Source: Macrostomum lignano (Eukaryota). From it: a DNA stretch of 64,000 bases. The first letter of the stretch is position 1. Every line of letters begins with the position of its first letter. The translations under genes and the position numbers were made by a program. The stretch is taken from positions 108,525 to 172,524 of the forward strand of contig NIVC01002450.1 of assembly GCA_002269645.1 (NCBI GenBank). The letters are read 5' to 3'. The notes under the pieces were generated by a model. It saw only the letters and a program-made list of their open reading frames with translations, had not been told where the DNA came from and did not search any database. Of the stretch, positions 12,001 through 25,000 are shown one piece after another.

Positions 12001-12814
12001 GCCTCCGGCTGTCGCTGCTGCCCTCGCTGCTCGACGCACAATCGAAGTCAGCCGCCGAGTCACCAGGACTTCGGCAATCGCGCGACAGACAGCTCGCTGA
12101 GGCGCGTCGCTTTTCGAGTTCTCAAAGCTGACGCGACTCCGTGCGCAGGTGGTGCGACCTTCCGACAACGAGAAGCTGACTGTGCCGCCAGTTCCGCCGC
12201 CTGTGACGCGCCGCGAAGTGCCTTCGCTGATATTGACAGCAGCCGATATGTCACAGTCGAAATGGCGCAGAGTATAAGGGATGTCCATAGCCGTGATGGT
12301 GTCAATGTCGCTCTTGCTCTGAAGCCGCGGCTTTTCACTGAGCTGCTGCGGATGGCCCCAAGAATTCGCGCCGCTGCTGTTGAGACACATGCAGGTCGCA
12401 ATTGATGGCCTGAGGAACGGCAAAACGCGCGAGTTAAGTGTTAAACTAGAGAGACAGGCTATTAACCAACAGAGCTTATATAAAATACCTAGCCTGAAGC
12501 GATTGTCGTTGCGGCTGCGACACAGTCAAGAACGGGGGCGCCAACGTTACGGACTCGATAGCGTCGCGAACCAGCCAAGGCAGCGGGTCGTGGCGGCTGA
12601 GCGCCCCAACCAGCAGTTGGTAGACCTGGCATATCCTGCTCTTCACGGATTGAAAATGGCCGGGCGTGTGTCCCATCTCAACAGACAGAGTGTCCATCAC
12701 GCTGGGAAGATAGTGCAGAGTGGACCCGAATTCTGGCAATGGGGAACGCTGCCTGTTCTGGCGTCGGTGCTGATTTCGGTTGCCATGGCCATTCGATCTT
12801 TGCTGAATAGACAT
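9066..12814 (-). CDS. Hypothetical protein, about 552 aa, 3 exons; no family recognised
   Basis: Exons 12814-12489, 12445-11958 and 9910-9066. Introns of 43 nt (phase 2) and about 2 kb (phase 1) are GT-AG, and the frame is preserved (326+488+845 = 1659 nt). GC-rich composition like neighbouring genes. Confidence 0.7.
9925..11925. repeat. 26-bp minisatellite (ATGAGCATGAGGACAGAGGTATTGCT)n filling an intron
   Basis: About 75 tandem units between donor 11957 and acceptor 9911. Confidence 0.95.
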
Positions 12815-13558
12815 GCCTACGCATGTGTATAATAAAACATCACTTGCAACTCTTGTCTATCTTGCTGGGCTATTCTAAAGCTTGGTTGCCTGGCAAAAAT
12901 TTCTCGTAGTCTATGGCAGCCTTCTAGCTCATGGATGTGAATTCTGTCTTCCGCTTGATTTTGGCTTAATATAGCTAACTCGCTTTACAATTGGTAAACA
13001 AATTAAGGTTAATATCAGCATAAAACACAGCGAGTCAGGCAGACACTTGGAGCCGCTTTTGCGCACTTGCGCTACGATTATAGCTTGTAGTCGAATCTAC
13101 GAGTACTTAAGCTCGATTTGTGCGTTTGTTTGTTCATAGTGCATTTAAAAGCGAACCGTTTGGTCATTTTTTTCCGCAAATTGGTTCGTTCGATTGCAAA
13201 ACCAAATTATACCTGTGAAAATGGCCAAAAAGAGGTCCACTTCTTATCTAATGAATGTATTATTCTAGCAGAGCAAATTTATAGTCTATGGCTAATAATG
13301 AAGCTGGTGTTTTTAGGTGACGTGCTTCGTTCTATTATTAGGATACCGAGATGTTTTGCGAATATTTGCTAATTTGCTAATAGTGAAAAAATCTAGTAGT
13401 TAAAAACCAGAAAGTGCCTGTTTATTGTTGACAATAATTCAGTACCAATCGCACCGAATGGGCTTGAGAAATGCAAAGACTCTTATAATTCGTATATTTG
13501 AGCTTAATCATTCACAATATGTACAAACCCGGTGACATTAAGCAAAGTTTTAAAAGAA

Positions 13559-14377
13559 CTACAGGTACTTTTGACCGCCATGACTGAACCTGCTGGCCAT
13601 GCCGGCCTGCGACTTGGCCACAATGCTCTGCTTCACCTTCGAGTCCAGGCCTTTGACAACCATGTCCGTGTCCCGGTTGAACGGCACCCGGCTAGGGCCG
13701 GACGAACTGTCCGAAGACGACGAGGACGACTTTCTACTCCGTTTCTTTTTAGACTTCTTCTTCTTGTCTTTTTTCTTTTTCTTCTCCTTCTTTTTCCGTT
13801 TCTTAGCTTTCTTCTCCTCGCGCTGACGCTGCTCCAGCTCCAGCTGCTCTCTGTGCTGCAGCAGCAGCGACTGCTGCCGCTGGGAGCCGCCGCCCAGCCC
13901 GACGGCCGCCGCCAGCCGCTCCATCTCGGCGTCGTGCAGGCGGGCGCCCTGCATCTCCAGAGCGGCCTGCTGTCTACGTTCAGCGGCCGCCTGCGCGTCC
14001 TCCGCCGGCGCCGCTTCGGCTTCCTCGTCTCCATCGCCGATTCGAGTCCAGGACTTGTCCGGCTGGCCGGCCGGCCGTTTCCGTCCGGCTGTCATTAGCG
14101 ACGAGGCCAGCGTTTCCGGCGGAACTAACATCCATTCTTCTCTGGCGGCGCCACTCCGCTTTTCCTGGCGCTCGTTTGGCGCGGCTGCCGCTTGAAATCG
14201 AGGCGCGTGGCGCAACTCGTCTAGAATGCGATGCTCGGACGGCAGCGGGCCGATGACCAGGCCGGCCGGGGTGGCCTCGGACGATTCGCCGGCGGCCGGT
14301 TTCGAGGACGACTTCGAGCTGGATGATGGACTGGGCGGCTGGTCGACAAATTCAGGCGGCGGTTCGGGGCCGTACAT
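13559..14377 (-). CDS. GPALPP1: GPALPP motifs-containing protein 1 (DUF3752), 272 aa, single exon
   Basis: YGPEPP and IGPLPS motifs, REEWMLVPP, Lys-rich tract, RVPFNRDTDM and C-terminal SRFSHGGQKYL, all as recalled for GPALPP1/DUF3752. Confidence 0.8.
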   Translation of the reverse strand: MYGPEPPPEFVDQPPSPSSSSKSSSKPAAGESSEATPAGLVIGPLPSEHRILDELRHAPRFQAAAAPNERQEKRSGAAREEWMLVPPETLASSLMTAGRKRPAGQPDKSWTRIGDGDEEAEAAPAEDAQAAAERRQQAALEMQGARLHDAEMERLAAAVGLGGGSQRQQSLLLQHREQLELEQRQREEKKAKKRKKKEKKKKKDKKKKSKKKRSRKSSSSSSDSSSGPSRVPFNRDTDMVVKGLDSKVKQSIVAKSQAGMASRFSHGGQKYL

Positions 14378-14454
14378 GATCTGGCTGTTCTACATTTGAT
14401 GACAGGGATAAAAAAATCAGGCAAAAATCCAACCCTATTCAAATAGACAAAACT

Positions 14455-15410
14455 GAGCCTATAGTTGAGTCGCCACTCTAGCCTATGATTGAGTCGCCAC
14501 TCTAACCTATGATTGAGTCACCACTCTAACCTATGATTGAGTCGCCACTCTAACCTATGATTGAGTCACCACTCTAACCTATGATTGAGTCATCACTCTA
14601 ACCTATGATTGAGTCATCACTCTAACCTATGATTGAGTCATCACTCCAACCTATGATTGAGTCACCACTCTAACCTATATCGGAGTCACCACTCTAACCT
14701 ATAATTGACTCAACCTATAGTTGAGCTACCACTCTAACCTATGATTGAGTCGCCACTCTAACCTATGATTGAGTCACCACTCTAACCTATGATTGAGTCG
14801 CCACTCTAACCTATGATTGAGTCGCCACTCTAACCTATGATTGAGTCACCACTCTAACCTATATTGGAGTCACCACTCTAACCTATAATTGACTCAACCT
14901 ATAGTTGAGCCACCACTTTAACCTATGATTGAGTCACCACTCTAACCTATGATTGAGTCGCCACTCTAACCTATGATTGAGTCATCACTCTAACCTATGA
15001 TTGAGTCACCACTCTAACCTATGATTGAGTCACCACTCTAACCTATGATTGAGTCATCACTCTAACCTATGATTGAGTCATCACTCTAACCTATGATTGA
15101 GTCATCACTCTAACCTATGATTGAGTCATTACTCTAACCTATGATTGAGTCACCACTCTAACCTATGATTGAGTCACCACTCTAAACTATGATTGAGTCA
15201 TCACTCTAACCTATGATTGAGTCACCACTCTAACCTATGATTGAGCCACCACTCTAACCTATGATTGAGTCGCCACTCTAACCTTTGATTGAGTCATCAT
15301 TCTAACCTATGATTGAGTCACCACTCTAACCTATGATTGAGTCACCACTCTAACCTATGATTGCTTCGCCACTCTAACTTATGATTGAGTCACCACTCTA
15401 ACCTAACCTA
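14455..15410. repeat. 24-bp minisatellite (CTATGATTGAGTCACCACTCTAAC)n between MED21 and GPALPP1
   Basis: About 38 tandem units; each has a small GAGT..ACTC inverted repeat. Confidence 0.95.
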
Positions 15411-15928
15411 TGAACTAGTTACGTAAATAAGTGCCTCGTTACAGATAAAATAACAAGGACAGGAAAGTATAAAAGTACAGAAAATGCCGGCATATTGGCA
15501 TATATTTAACTAGTCAGACACAATTTACAAAATGCTAAAATGAATCAAAGCTACTTTGCAATACGAATGAAACGAGCCAACATTCATTCAAAAGGTCGTG
15601 AGGAACGGATGGAAATAACAACATAATTCAGCATAAGTATTCGCTCACTGCTAAATTGATTGATTATATGACGCTGGAAAGTTGTAAGTAACCTTTGGAT
15701 TCTAGAGGCACCCTTTAGATGCTTCAGAAGGAGCGTTCAGGCCTAGGTATCTACAAAGGCCAGCTTTAAAGGGGCCTTCAGGTTTTCTCGTAGATCGAGG
15801 TACTTACAGAAGTTTCTTGATGAACCTTTAGAACAGGGGAGAGGAGAGGAGAGTGGAGATAACAATTTTGAAGCTCAGTGTATAGAACCATAATAAAAGC
15901 AGTGAAATTTCAACCAGACACCGGCTCA

Positions 15929-16384
15929 TCAATTGTACTCCTGATGGAGCAGCAGCGCAGACTCCATAGCGCCGCATCGCAACTGCACCTGAGCAATGTC
16001 GGTTAGGCAAGCCCGAACCCGACGCAGTCGAGCTTCCAGCTGATCGACAACTTCAATCAGATGCCGACCGAGGCGATGATTCTCTTCTTCAAGTTCGGCC
16101 ATTCGCTTACTATTCGAATCGGCTCTGTAGGCCTCGGGTCCCGGCAGGGAGTCAATTAGGGCCACGATAGTCTGCGCTGTTCGAGTGATCTGCTCGGCAA
16201 AGAATCTGGCGTGATCCACACCGCCTGGCGCCTGATTGCCGGCCGCTGCGCCAGTTCGATTCGCTCCGCCAACGCCGGGAAACGGCGACGGCTGGGCGGT
16301 CTGGAGCAGAATGCCCAGCGCATTGTACAGATTGTCCGCCTGCGAGTTCACCGCGTCCTGCAGCTCCGTCAGGCGGTCCGCCAT
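15929..16384 (-). CDS. MED21: Mediator of RNA polymerase II transcription subunit 21 (SRB7), about 151 aa, intronless
   Basis: MADRLTELQDAVNS...FAEQITRTAQTIVALIDSLP...ELEEEN...LTDIAQVQL closely follows MED21. Alternative ATG at 16390. Confidence 0.95.
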   Translation of the reverse strand: MADRLTELQDAVNSQADNLYNALGILLQTAQPSPFPGVGGANRTGAAAGNQAPGGVDHARFFAEQITRTAQTIVALIDSLPGPEAYRADSNSKRMAELEEENHRLGRHLIEVVDQLEARLRRVRACLTDIAQVQLRCGAMESALLLHQEYN

Positions 16385-16424
16385 AGCCATGTAATTGTGT
16401 GCAGGTGGCGGTTCAGTCGCATGC

Positions 16425-17465
16425 CATGTCAGCACCTGTCTCTACCCTGTCAGCACCTGTCTCTACCCTGTCAGCACCTGTCTCTACCCTGTCAGCACCT
16501 GTCTCTACCCTGTCAGCACCTGTCTCTACCCTGTCAGCACCTGTCTCTACCCTGTCAGCACCTGTCTCTACCCTGTCAGCACCTGTCTCTACCCTGTCAG
16601 CACCTGTCTCTGCCCTGTCAGAACCTGTCTCTACCCTGTCAGCACCTGTCTCTACCCTGTCAGCACCTGTCTCTACCCTGTCAGCACCTGTCTCTACCCT
16701 GTCAGCACCTGCAACCTGTTCTCTGCCCTGTCAGCACCTGTTCTCTGCCCTGTCAGCACCTGTCTCTACCCTGTCAGCACCTGTCTCTACCCTGTCAGCA
16801 CCTGTCTCTACCCTGTCAGCACCTGTCTCTACCCTGTCAGCACCTGTCTCTACCCTGTCAGCACCTGTCTCTGCCCTGTCAGAACCTGTCTCTACCCTGT
16901 CAGCACTTGTCAGCAACTGTCTCTACACTGTCAGAACCTGTCTCTGCCCTGTCAGAACCTGTCTCTACCCTGTCAGCACTTGTCAGCAACTGTCTCTACA
17001 CTGTCAGTACCTGTCTCTACCCTGTCAGCACCTGCAACCTGTTCTCTGCCCTGTCAGCACCTGTTCTCTGCCCTGTCAGCACCTGTCTCTACCCTGTCAG
17101 CACCTGCAACCTGTTCTCTGCCCTGTCAGCACCTGTTCTCTGCCCTGTCAGCACCTGTCTCTACCCTGTCAGCACCTGTCTCTACCCTGTCAGAACCTGC
17201 AACCTGTTCTCTGCCCTGTCAGCACCTGTTCTCTGCCCTGTCAGCACCTGTTCTCTGTCCTGTCAGCACCTGTTCTCTGCCCTGTCAGCACCTGTTCTCT
17301 GCCCTGTCAGCACCTGTCTCTACCCTGTCAGCACCTGTTCTCTGCCATGTCTCTACCCTGTCAGCACCTGTTCTCTGCCATGCCTCTATCTTGCAACCAC
17401 CTATGTTTACACGGCAACTCCTGTCTGCCATATTAGCTCTCGTCTTCACCCCCTGTCAGCACCTG
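16425..17465. repeat. 21-bp minisatellite (GTCAGCACCTGTCTCTACCCT)n upstream of MED21
   Basis: Tandem units, degenerating toward 17.4 kb. Confidence 0.95.
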
Positions 17466-17934
17466 TGACCAACTATCACCACTATCACCTGTCTCTACTC
17501 TGTTACAACCCGAGCACTGTCACAATTTATCTCCAGTAAAAGAACAATTCTCTACCTTATTAATAGCACGGTCTTCTCATTGACTAGTCACACACACGAA
17601 AGGAAAATCTAATTTGAATATGAAAAAATAACTGAAAATCAATACAGCACGAAATTGGACAAACCGAATAAAAAATCGTTTTTTTTTTAATAGGAATGCT
17701 TAAAGTTTTTATTGATTAAACAGTGAATATACAAATATTTGCCTTATTGCGTGTATATAGTGTGCATATAAACATCCAAATACAAAATGTTTAATCAGGA
17801 TTAACATTTTATACCAGCGCAAGCATAGCAAAAATGAGCTTTAAATCTAAATCTGAAATCAAGGAAGCTGCAGGAATAGCTCAGTAGCCTATTAAGTTGT
17901 TTTGGCCGAGTAAGGCCAAACGTTGAGAGTGCGG

Positions 17935-18455
17935 CTACGGCCCAGCAACTGAGGATCTGGGAGGCTGGCCCAGCAACTGAGGATCTGGGAGGCTGGCCCA
18001 GCAACTGAGGATCTGGGAGACTGGCCCAGCAATTGACACTCTGGGGAGACTGGCCCAGCAATTGACACTCTGGGGAGACTGGCCCAGCAATTGACACTCT
18101 GGGGAGACTGGCCCAGCAATTGACACTCTGGGGAGACTGGCCCAGCAATTGACACTCTGGGGAGACTGGCCCAGCAATTGACACTCTGGGGAGACTGGCC
18201 CAGCAACTGAGGATCAGGGAGGCTGGCCCAGCAATTGACACTCTGGGGAGACTGGCCCAGCAATTGACACTCTGGGAGGCTGGCCCAGCAACTGAGGATC
18301 TGGGAGGCTGGCCCAGCAGCTTAAGATCTGGGAGGATGGCCTAGCAACTGACGATCTAGGAGGTTGGCCCAGCAACTGAGGATTTGGGAGGCTGGCCCAG
18401 CAACTGACATTCTGGGATGACGGATCAGCAATTGAGGATCTTGGAGGCTGGCCCA
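17935..18455. repeat. 28/29-bp minisatellite (GGCCCAGCAACTGAGGATCTGGGAGGCT)n
   Basis: Tandem units; same family as 45440-45850 in the opposite orientation. Confidence 0.9.
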
Positions 18456-19013
18456 AAAGCGTGGGTGTCCGGAAAGTTCGGACACTTAATCTCAGAGCAG
18501 AAACGGATGCAGCTGCAGACACAACTTTGGTGTCAGTTAGAAGCGGTACATTTCTTCGTTCTAATAAATTTAATAGCATATGTTTTAGTCATTCCATACA
18601 AAGTTATGCTTGAAAAACCATCGCAATGTCACCGATACTCTTGCAGTGAAAGTGGCGACGGATATAAAAAGCGATGGTTAGTGCTTATAAAAACATTGCC
18701 AGCCTTCTCAACACATAGTCCACACCTGTAGCAGCACACTTCTTCCCCATCGCTTGAGCATCCCATCAATCGCATCAGAACGGCATTGTTATGAAAAACC
18801 ACGAGAGACTGCGCTGGACCTTGTCATCCAAATTATCCTCGCTGGCATCAACTCAGCAATGGAATGATTGATACACGCAGAACTAAATGCGAATTCGAAT
18901 ATTGGAACCAAATGGCCAACTGTTGTGCCGAATGACAATGAAAAGCAATCAAGCAAAAATTACATAGAAAGACGCAAAGGTACGCAAGCACAGGCACAAA
19001 TGTGATTTATAAA

Positions 19014-22000
19014 TCAAAACGACTGAGCAGACAAGTTGTCTAAAAGGCCGCAGATGATGGACACTTGCCGGGACAGCAGTCTCATAGGCGTCGTCTCGCC
19101 AGATTTTGTGGTGCCGCGAACTTCCAGAGTGTCTGGCGCGATCTCCGACCAGTTAAAGTTCGGATAGTGAAACGAGTATAGGAAGCGCTTGCTGGGGTCG
19201 CCAAGCAGGTGCAGGCCGATGTCATTGACGCCTATGAATACCTGCAGATTGATGACAGATGTAAGCAGATTGATGACACAAATGTGAGTAGATTGATGAC
19301 AAAAATTTAAGCAGATTGATGACACAAATGTGAGCAGATTGGTGACACAAATGTGAGAAGATTGATGACACAAATGTGAGAAGATTGGTGACACAAATGT
19401 GAGAAGATTGATGACACAAATGTGAGAAGATTGGTGACACAAATGTGAGAAGATTGATGACACAAATGTGAGAAGATTGATGACACAAATGTGAGCAGAT
19501 TGATGACACAAATGTGAGCTGATTGATGACACAAATGTGAGCTGATTGATGACACAGATGTGAGCTGATTGATGACACAGATGTGAGCAGATTGATGACA
19601 CAGATGTGAGCTGATTGATGACACAAATGTGAGCAGATTGATGACACAAATGTGAGCTGATTGATGACACAAATGTGAGCTGATTGATGACACAGATGTG
19701 AGCAGATTGATGACACAAATGTGAGCAGATTGATGACACGAATGTGAGCTGATTGATGACACAAGTGTGAGCTGATTGATGACAAAAATTTAAGCAGATT
19801 GATGACACAAATGTGAGCAGATTGATGACACAGATGTGAGCAGATTGATGACACAAATGTGAGCAGATTGATGACACAAGTGTGAGCAGATTGATGACAC
19901 AAATTTAAGCAGATTGATGACACAAATGTGAGCAGATTGATGACACAAATGTGAGCAGATTGATGACACAAATGTGAGCAGATTGATGACACAAATGTGA
20001 GTAGATTGATGACACAAGTGTGAGCAGATTGATGACACAAATGTGAGCTGATTGATGACAAAAATTTAAGCAGATTGATGACACAAATGTGAGTAGATTG
20101 ATGACACAAATGTGAGCAGATTGATGACACAAATGTGAGCTGATTGATGACACAAATGTGAGCTGATTGATGACACAAATGTGAGAAGATTGATGACACA
20201 GATGTGAGCAGATTGATGACACAAATGTGAGCTGATTGATGACACAAATGTGAGTAGATTGATGACACAAATGAGAGCAGATTGATGACACAAATGTGAG
20301 CACTGAGCAGATTGATGACACAGATGCGAGCATATTGATGACACAAATATGAGCAGATTGATGACACAAATGTGAGCAGATTGATGACTTAAATGTGAGC
20401 AGATTGATGACACAAATGTGAGCAGATTGATGACACAAATGTGAGCAGATTGATGACACAGATGTGAGTAGACCGAAGACCCCCAAAACCAGAGAATTTC
20501 ATTGCCATTAGACACCAGCTAACCTGAATGGGTTGCCTGGGAGCTCTGTGCTGACTAAACTCGCCAGACATAGTTGACAGTTGGCCAGTAAAGAATACGG
20601 AGTTAAACACGGCCAGTCGGCGGCAGACGGTGAGAAATCTTGTGTGACATTCGCTAAGACTGAGCGCTTCAAGTTCCCGGCGCAAACCGCTGCTGCTGTA
20701 CCGCTTAGCAACTGCGCTGGTCAGGCCGGCTGGCAGGCGAGACACTCGGCGGCTTGGCTCGGGCAGTACGCCAGCTAGATTCTGTTCGCTCTGTAGGAAA
20801 GCTTTAACCCGACGGCCGTCAATTGTGCACTGGGCGTGGGCTAGCAGGCAGGATATCAGCACCATGTCATCCTGGTCACAGGGCAGAAAGCCGTTTAGAT
20901 AACCGTTTCTGGCCTGAAATGTTTATTAGTTAAGAACAGAAAATTGGGAGGCTGAACTGCCTGCTTAGGAGGATTTCTGTCAACAAGGAACTGCCTGCTC
21001 AGGGGGATTTCTGTCAACAAGGAACTGCCTGCTCAGGGGGATTTCTGCTGTCAACAAGGAACTGCCTGCTCAGGGGGATTTCTGCTGTCAACAAGGAACT
21101 GCCTGCTCAGGGGGATTTCTGCTGTCAACAAGGAACTGCCTGCTCAGGGGGATTTCTGCTGTCAACAAGGAACTCCCTGCTCAGGAGGATTTCTGTCAAC
21201 AAGGAACTGCCTGCTCAGGAGGATTTCTGTCAACAAGGAACTGTCTGCTCAGGAGGATTTCTGTCAACAAGGAACTGCCTGCTCAGGGGGATTTCTGTCA
21301 ACAAGGAACTGTCTGCTCAGGGGGATTTCTGTCAACAAGGAACTGTCTGCTCAGGGGGATTTCTGTCAACAAGGAACTGTCTGCTCAGGGGGATTTCTGT
21401 CAAAAAGGAACTGCCTGCTCAGGGGGATTTCTGTCAACAAGGAACTGCCTGCTCAGGAGGATTTCTGTCAACAAGGAACTGCCTGCTCAGGAGGATTTCT
21501 GTCGACAAGGAACTGCCTGCTCAGGGGGATTTCTGTTAACAAGGAACTGTCTGCTCAGGGGGATTTCTGTCAACAAGGAACTGCCTGCTCAGGGGGATTT
21601 CTGTCAACAAGGAACTGTCTGCTCAGGGGGATTTCTGTCAACAAGGAACTGTCTGCTCAGGGGGATTTCTGTTAACAAGGAACTGTCTGCTCAAGGGGAT
21701 TTCTGTCAACAAGGAACTGTCTGCTCAGGGGGATTTCTGTCAACAAGGAACTCCCTACTCAGGGGGATTTCTGTCAGCAAGGAATAAGAAAAACAAGTCA
21801 GTAGTCACTACTGTTGGTCTCTTGCCCTTCCAGATAGTGAAATTCGCCACTCTCCCACTAACCTCGTGAAACAGAAAAGTCTCAGCCGTGTCGCTATGGC
21901 CCTGTTTCTCGGCGTCCAATCGGCACAGAGCGTTTCGCCTTAAAAACAGTTTCGGATCCTCTTTCATAGGATTGGCCGAGGTGAATAGCGGCACAGTTTT

Positions 22001-25000
22001 ACTGCGCCAATCGCGCATCAGCTGCACTGGCTTGTGCATTGGTTTCAGTTGCAATCTGAGATTCTGGCTGCACACCCACAGTGTGAACAGGTTGTCGCGC
22101 GGATCCGTCAGGCCCAAGCTGCCCATGATGCGCAGATGGAGCTGACGGACAGTTGTGGCATCTCGGTAAGGCAGAATCATCAGGTGCAATGAGCCGTCAA
22201 CTAGGTGTACCGGTACCGAGCTGAGATTCGGTCGTTGGAAATTTTCTAACAGCGACGCGGTTGACTGTTGATGCTCTCTCGTTGGGAAATTCTCCTCACT
22301 GCGCTGGCACAGTTCCAGCGGGGTCAGGCCGAACCCGTCGGTGAGGTTGTGGTCAATGTCGGGATAGCGCAGCAGCTCCAGCACGCACTCGTATCTGGGG
22401 GGACAGTTGGCCAGGTAGGATTATTAGCTGCGGGACAGATCGCTGGCCACACCTACCGCCCAAGCTCAACTCTGTTCAGCAGGATCCGCCCCCCTCCCCC
22501 CAACTCTAGCTACAGCCTCAACAGGATCCGCCCCCCTCCCCCCAACTCTAGCTACAGCCTCAACAGGATCCGCCCCCTCCCCCAACTCTAGCTACAGCCT
22601 CAACAGGATCCGCTCCCCTCCCCCCAACTCTAGCTACACCCTCAACAGGATCCGCCCCCTCCCCCAACTCTAGCTACAGCCTCAACAGGATCCGCCCCCC
22701 TCCCCAACTCTAGCTACAGCCTCAACAGGATCCGCCCCCTTCCCCCAACTCTAGCTACACCCTCAACAGGATCCGCCCCCCTCCCCCAACTCTAGCTACA
22801 GCCTCAACAGGATCCGCCCCCCTCCCCCAACTCTAGCTACAGCCTCAACAGGATCCGCCCCCCTCCCCCAACTCTAGCTACAGCCTCAACAGGATCCGCC
22901 CCCTCCCCCAACTCTAGCTACAGCCTCAACAGGATCCGCCCCCTCCCCCAACTCTAGCTACAGCCTCAACAGGATCCGCCCCCAACTCTAGCTACACCCT
23001 CAACAGGATCCGCCCCCCCCAACTCTAGCTACAGCCTCAACAGGATCCGCCCCCTCCCCCAACTCTAGCTACAGCCTCAACAGGATCCGCCCCCAACTCT
23101 AGCTACAGCCTCAACAGGATCCGCCCCCCTCCCCCAACTCTAGCTACAGCCTTAACAGGATCCGCCCCCCTCCCCCAACTCTAGCTACAGCCTCAACAGG
23201 ATCCGCCCCCAACTCTAGCTACAGCCTCAACAGGATCCGCCCCCAACTCTAGCTACAGCCTCAACAGGATCCGCCCCCAACTCTAGCTACAGCCTCAACA
23301 GGATCCGCCCCCAACTCTAGCTACAGCCTCAACAGGATCTGCCCCCCTCCCCCAACTCTAGCTACAGCCTCAACAGGATCCGCCCCCCTCCCCAACTCTA
23401 GCTACAGCCTCAACAGGATCCGCCCCCCTCCCCAACTCTAGCTACAGCCTCAACAGGATCCGCCCCCCTCCCCCAACTCTAGCTACAGCCTCAACAGGAT
23501 CCGCCCCCAACTCTAGCTACAGCCTCAACAGGATCCGCCCCCAACTCTAGCTACAGCCTCAACAGGATCCGCCCCCCTCCCCCAACTCTAGCTACAGCCT
23601 CAACAGGATCCGCCCCCCTCCCCCAACTCTAGCTACAGCCTCAACAGGATCCGCCCCCTCCCCCAACTATAGCTACAGCCTCAACAGGATCCGCCCCCCT
23701 CCCCCAACTCTAGCTACAGCCTCAACAGGATCCGCCCCCCTCCCCCAACTCTAGCTACAGCCTCAACAGGATCCGCCCCCAACTCTAGCTACACCCTCAA
23801 CAGGATCCGCCCCCCCCCCCCAACTCTAGCTACAGCCTCAACAGGATCCGCCCCCCTCCCCCCAACTCTAGCTACAGCCTCAACAGGATCCGCCCCCAAC
23901 TCTAGCTACAGCCTCAACAGGATCCGCCCCCTCCCCCAACTCTAGCTACAGCCTCAACAGGATCCGCCCCCAACTCTAGCTACAGCCTCAACAGGATCCG
24001 CCCCCAACTCTAGCTACAGCCTCAACAGGATCCGCCCCCAACTCTAGCTACAGCCTCAACAGGATCCGCCCCCAACTCTAGCTACAGCCTCAACAGGATC
24101 CGCCCCCAACTCTAGCTACAGCCTCAACAGGATCCGCCCCCAACTCTAGCTACAGCCTCAACAGGATCCGCCCCCAACTCTAGCTACAGCCTCAACAGGA
24201 TCCGCCCCCAACTCTAGCTACAGCCTCAACAGGATCTGCCCCCTCCCCCAACTCTAGCTACAGCCTCAACAGGATCCGCCCCCCTCCCCAACTCTAGCTA
24301 CAGCCTCAACAGGATCCGCCCCCCTCCCCCAACTCTAGCTACAGCCTCAACAGGATCCGCCCCCTCCCCCAACTCTAGCTACAGCCTCAACAGGATCCGC
24401 CCCCAACTCTAGCTACAGCCTCAACAGGATCCGCCCCCAACTCTAGCTACAGCCTCAACAGGATCCGCCCCCAACTCTAGCTACAGCCTCAACAGGATCC
24501 GTCCCCAACTCTAGCTACAGCCTCAACAGGATCCGCCCCCCCCTCGACCCCCCAACTCTAGTTACATACCGCAGGATCCGCCCCTCCTGTTACACTGACC
24601 CAACTCAGGATCCGCTCCTCCTGTTACACTGACCCAACTCAGGATCCGGTCCTCCTGTTACACTGACCCAACTCAGGATCCGCTCCTCCTGTTACACTGA
24701 CCCAACTCAGGATCCGCTCCTCCTGTTACACTGACCCAACTCAGGATCCGCTCCTCCTGTTACACTGACCCAACTCAGGATCCGCTCCTCCTGTTACACT
24801 GACCCAACTCAGGATCCGCTCCTCCTGTTACACTGACCCACCACAAAATCCACCCTTCCTGCACTGCTCCGAAATTGAAGCGACTCTCGTCACTCTCATA
24901 TATCTCAATAATCCCAGCTCACCTGCCAGACAGAACGGCCAGATGCAGCGCAGTTCGCCCATAGAAATCGGTGAGCAAATTTGGCGGAAAAGCGCCGTCG

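Noticed and set aside
18466-18486. Perfect hairpin GTGTCCG-GAAAGTT-CGGACAC resembling a Tc1/mariner TIR fragment
   Set aside because: No partner TIR, TA duplication or transposase remnant nearby.
18600-18960. Possible extra coding exon between KRIT1 and MED21
   Set aside because: All minus-strand frames I translated hit stops within short distances; more likely KRIT1 3' UTR.
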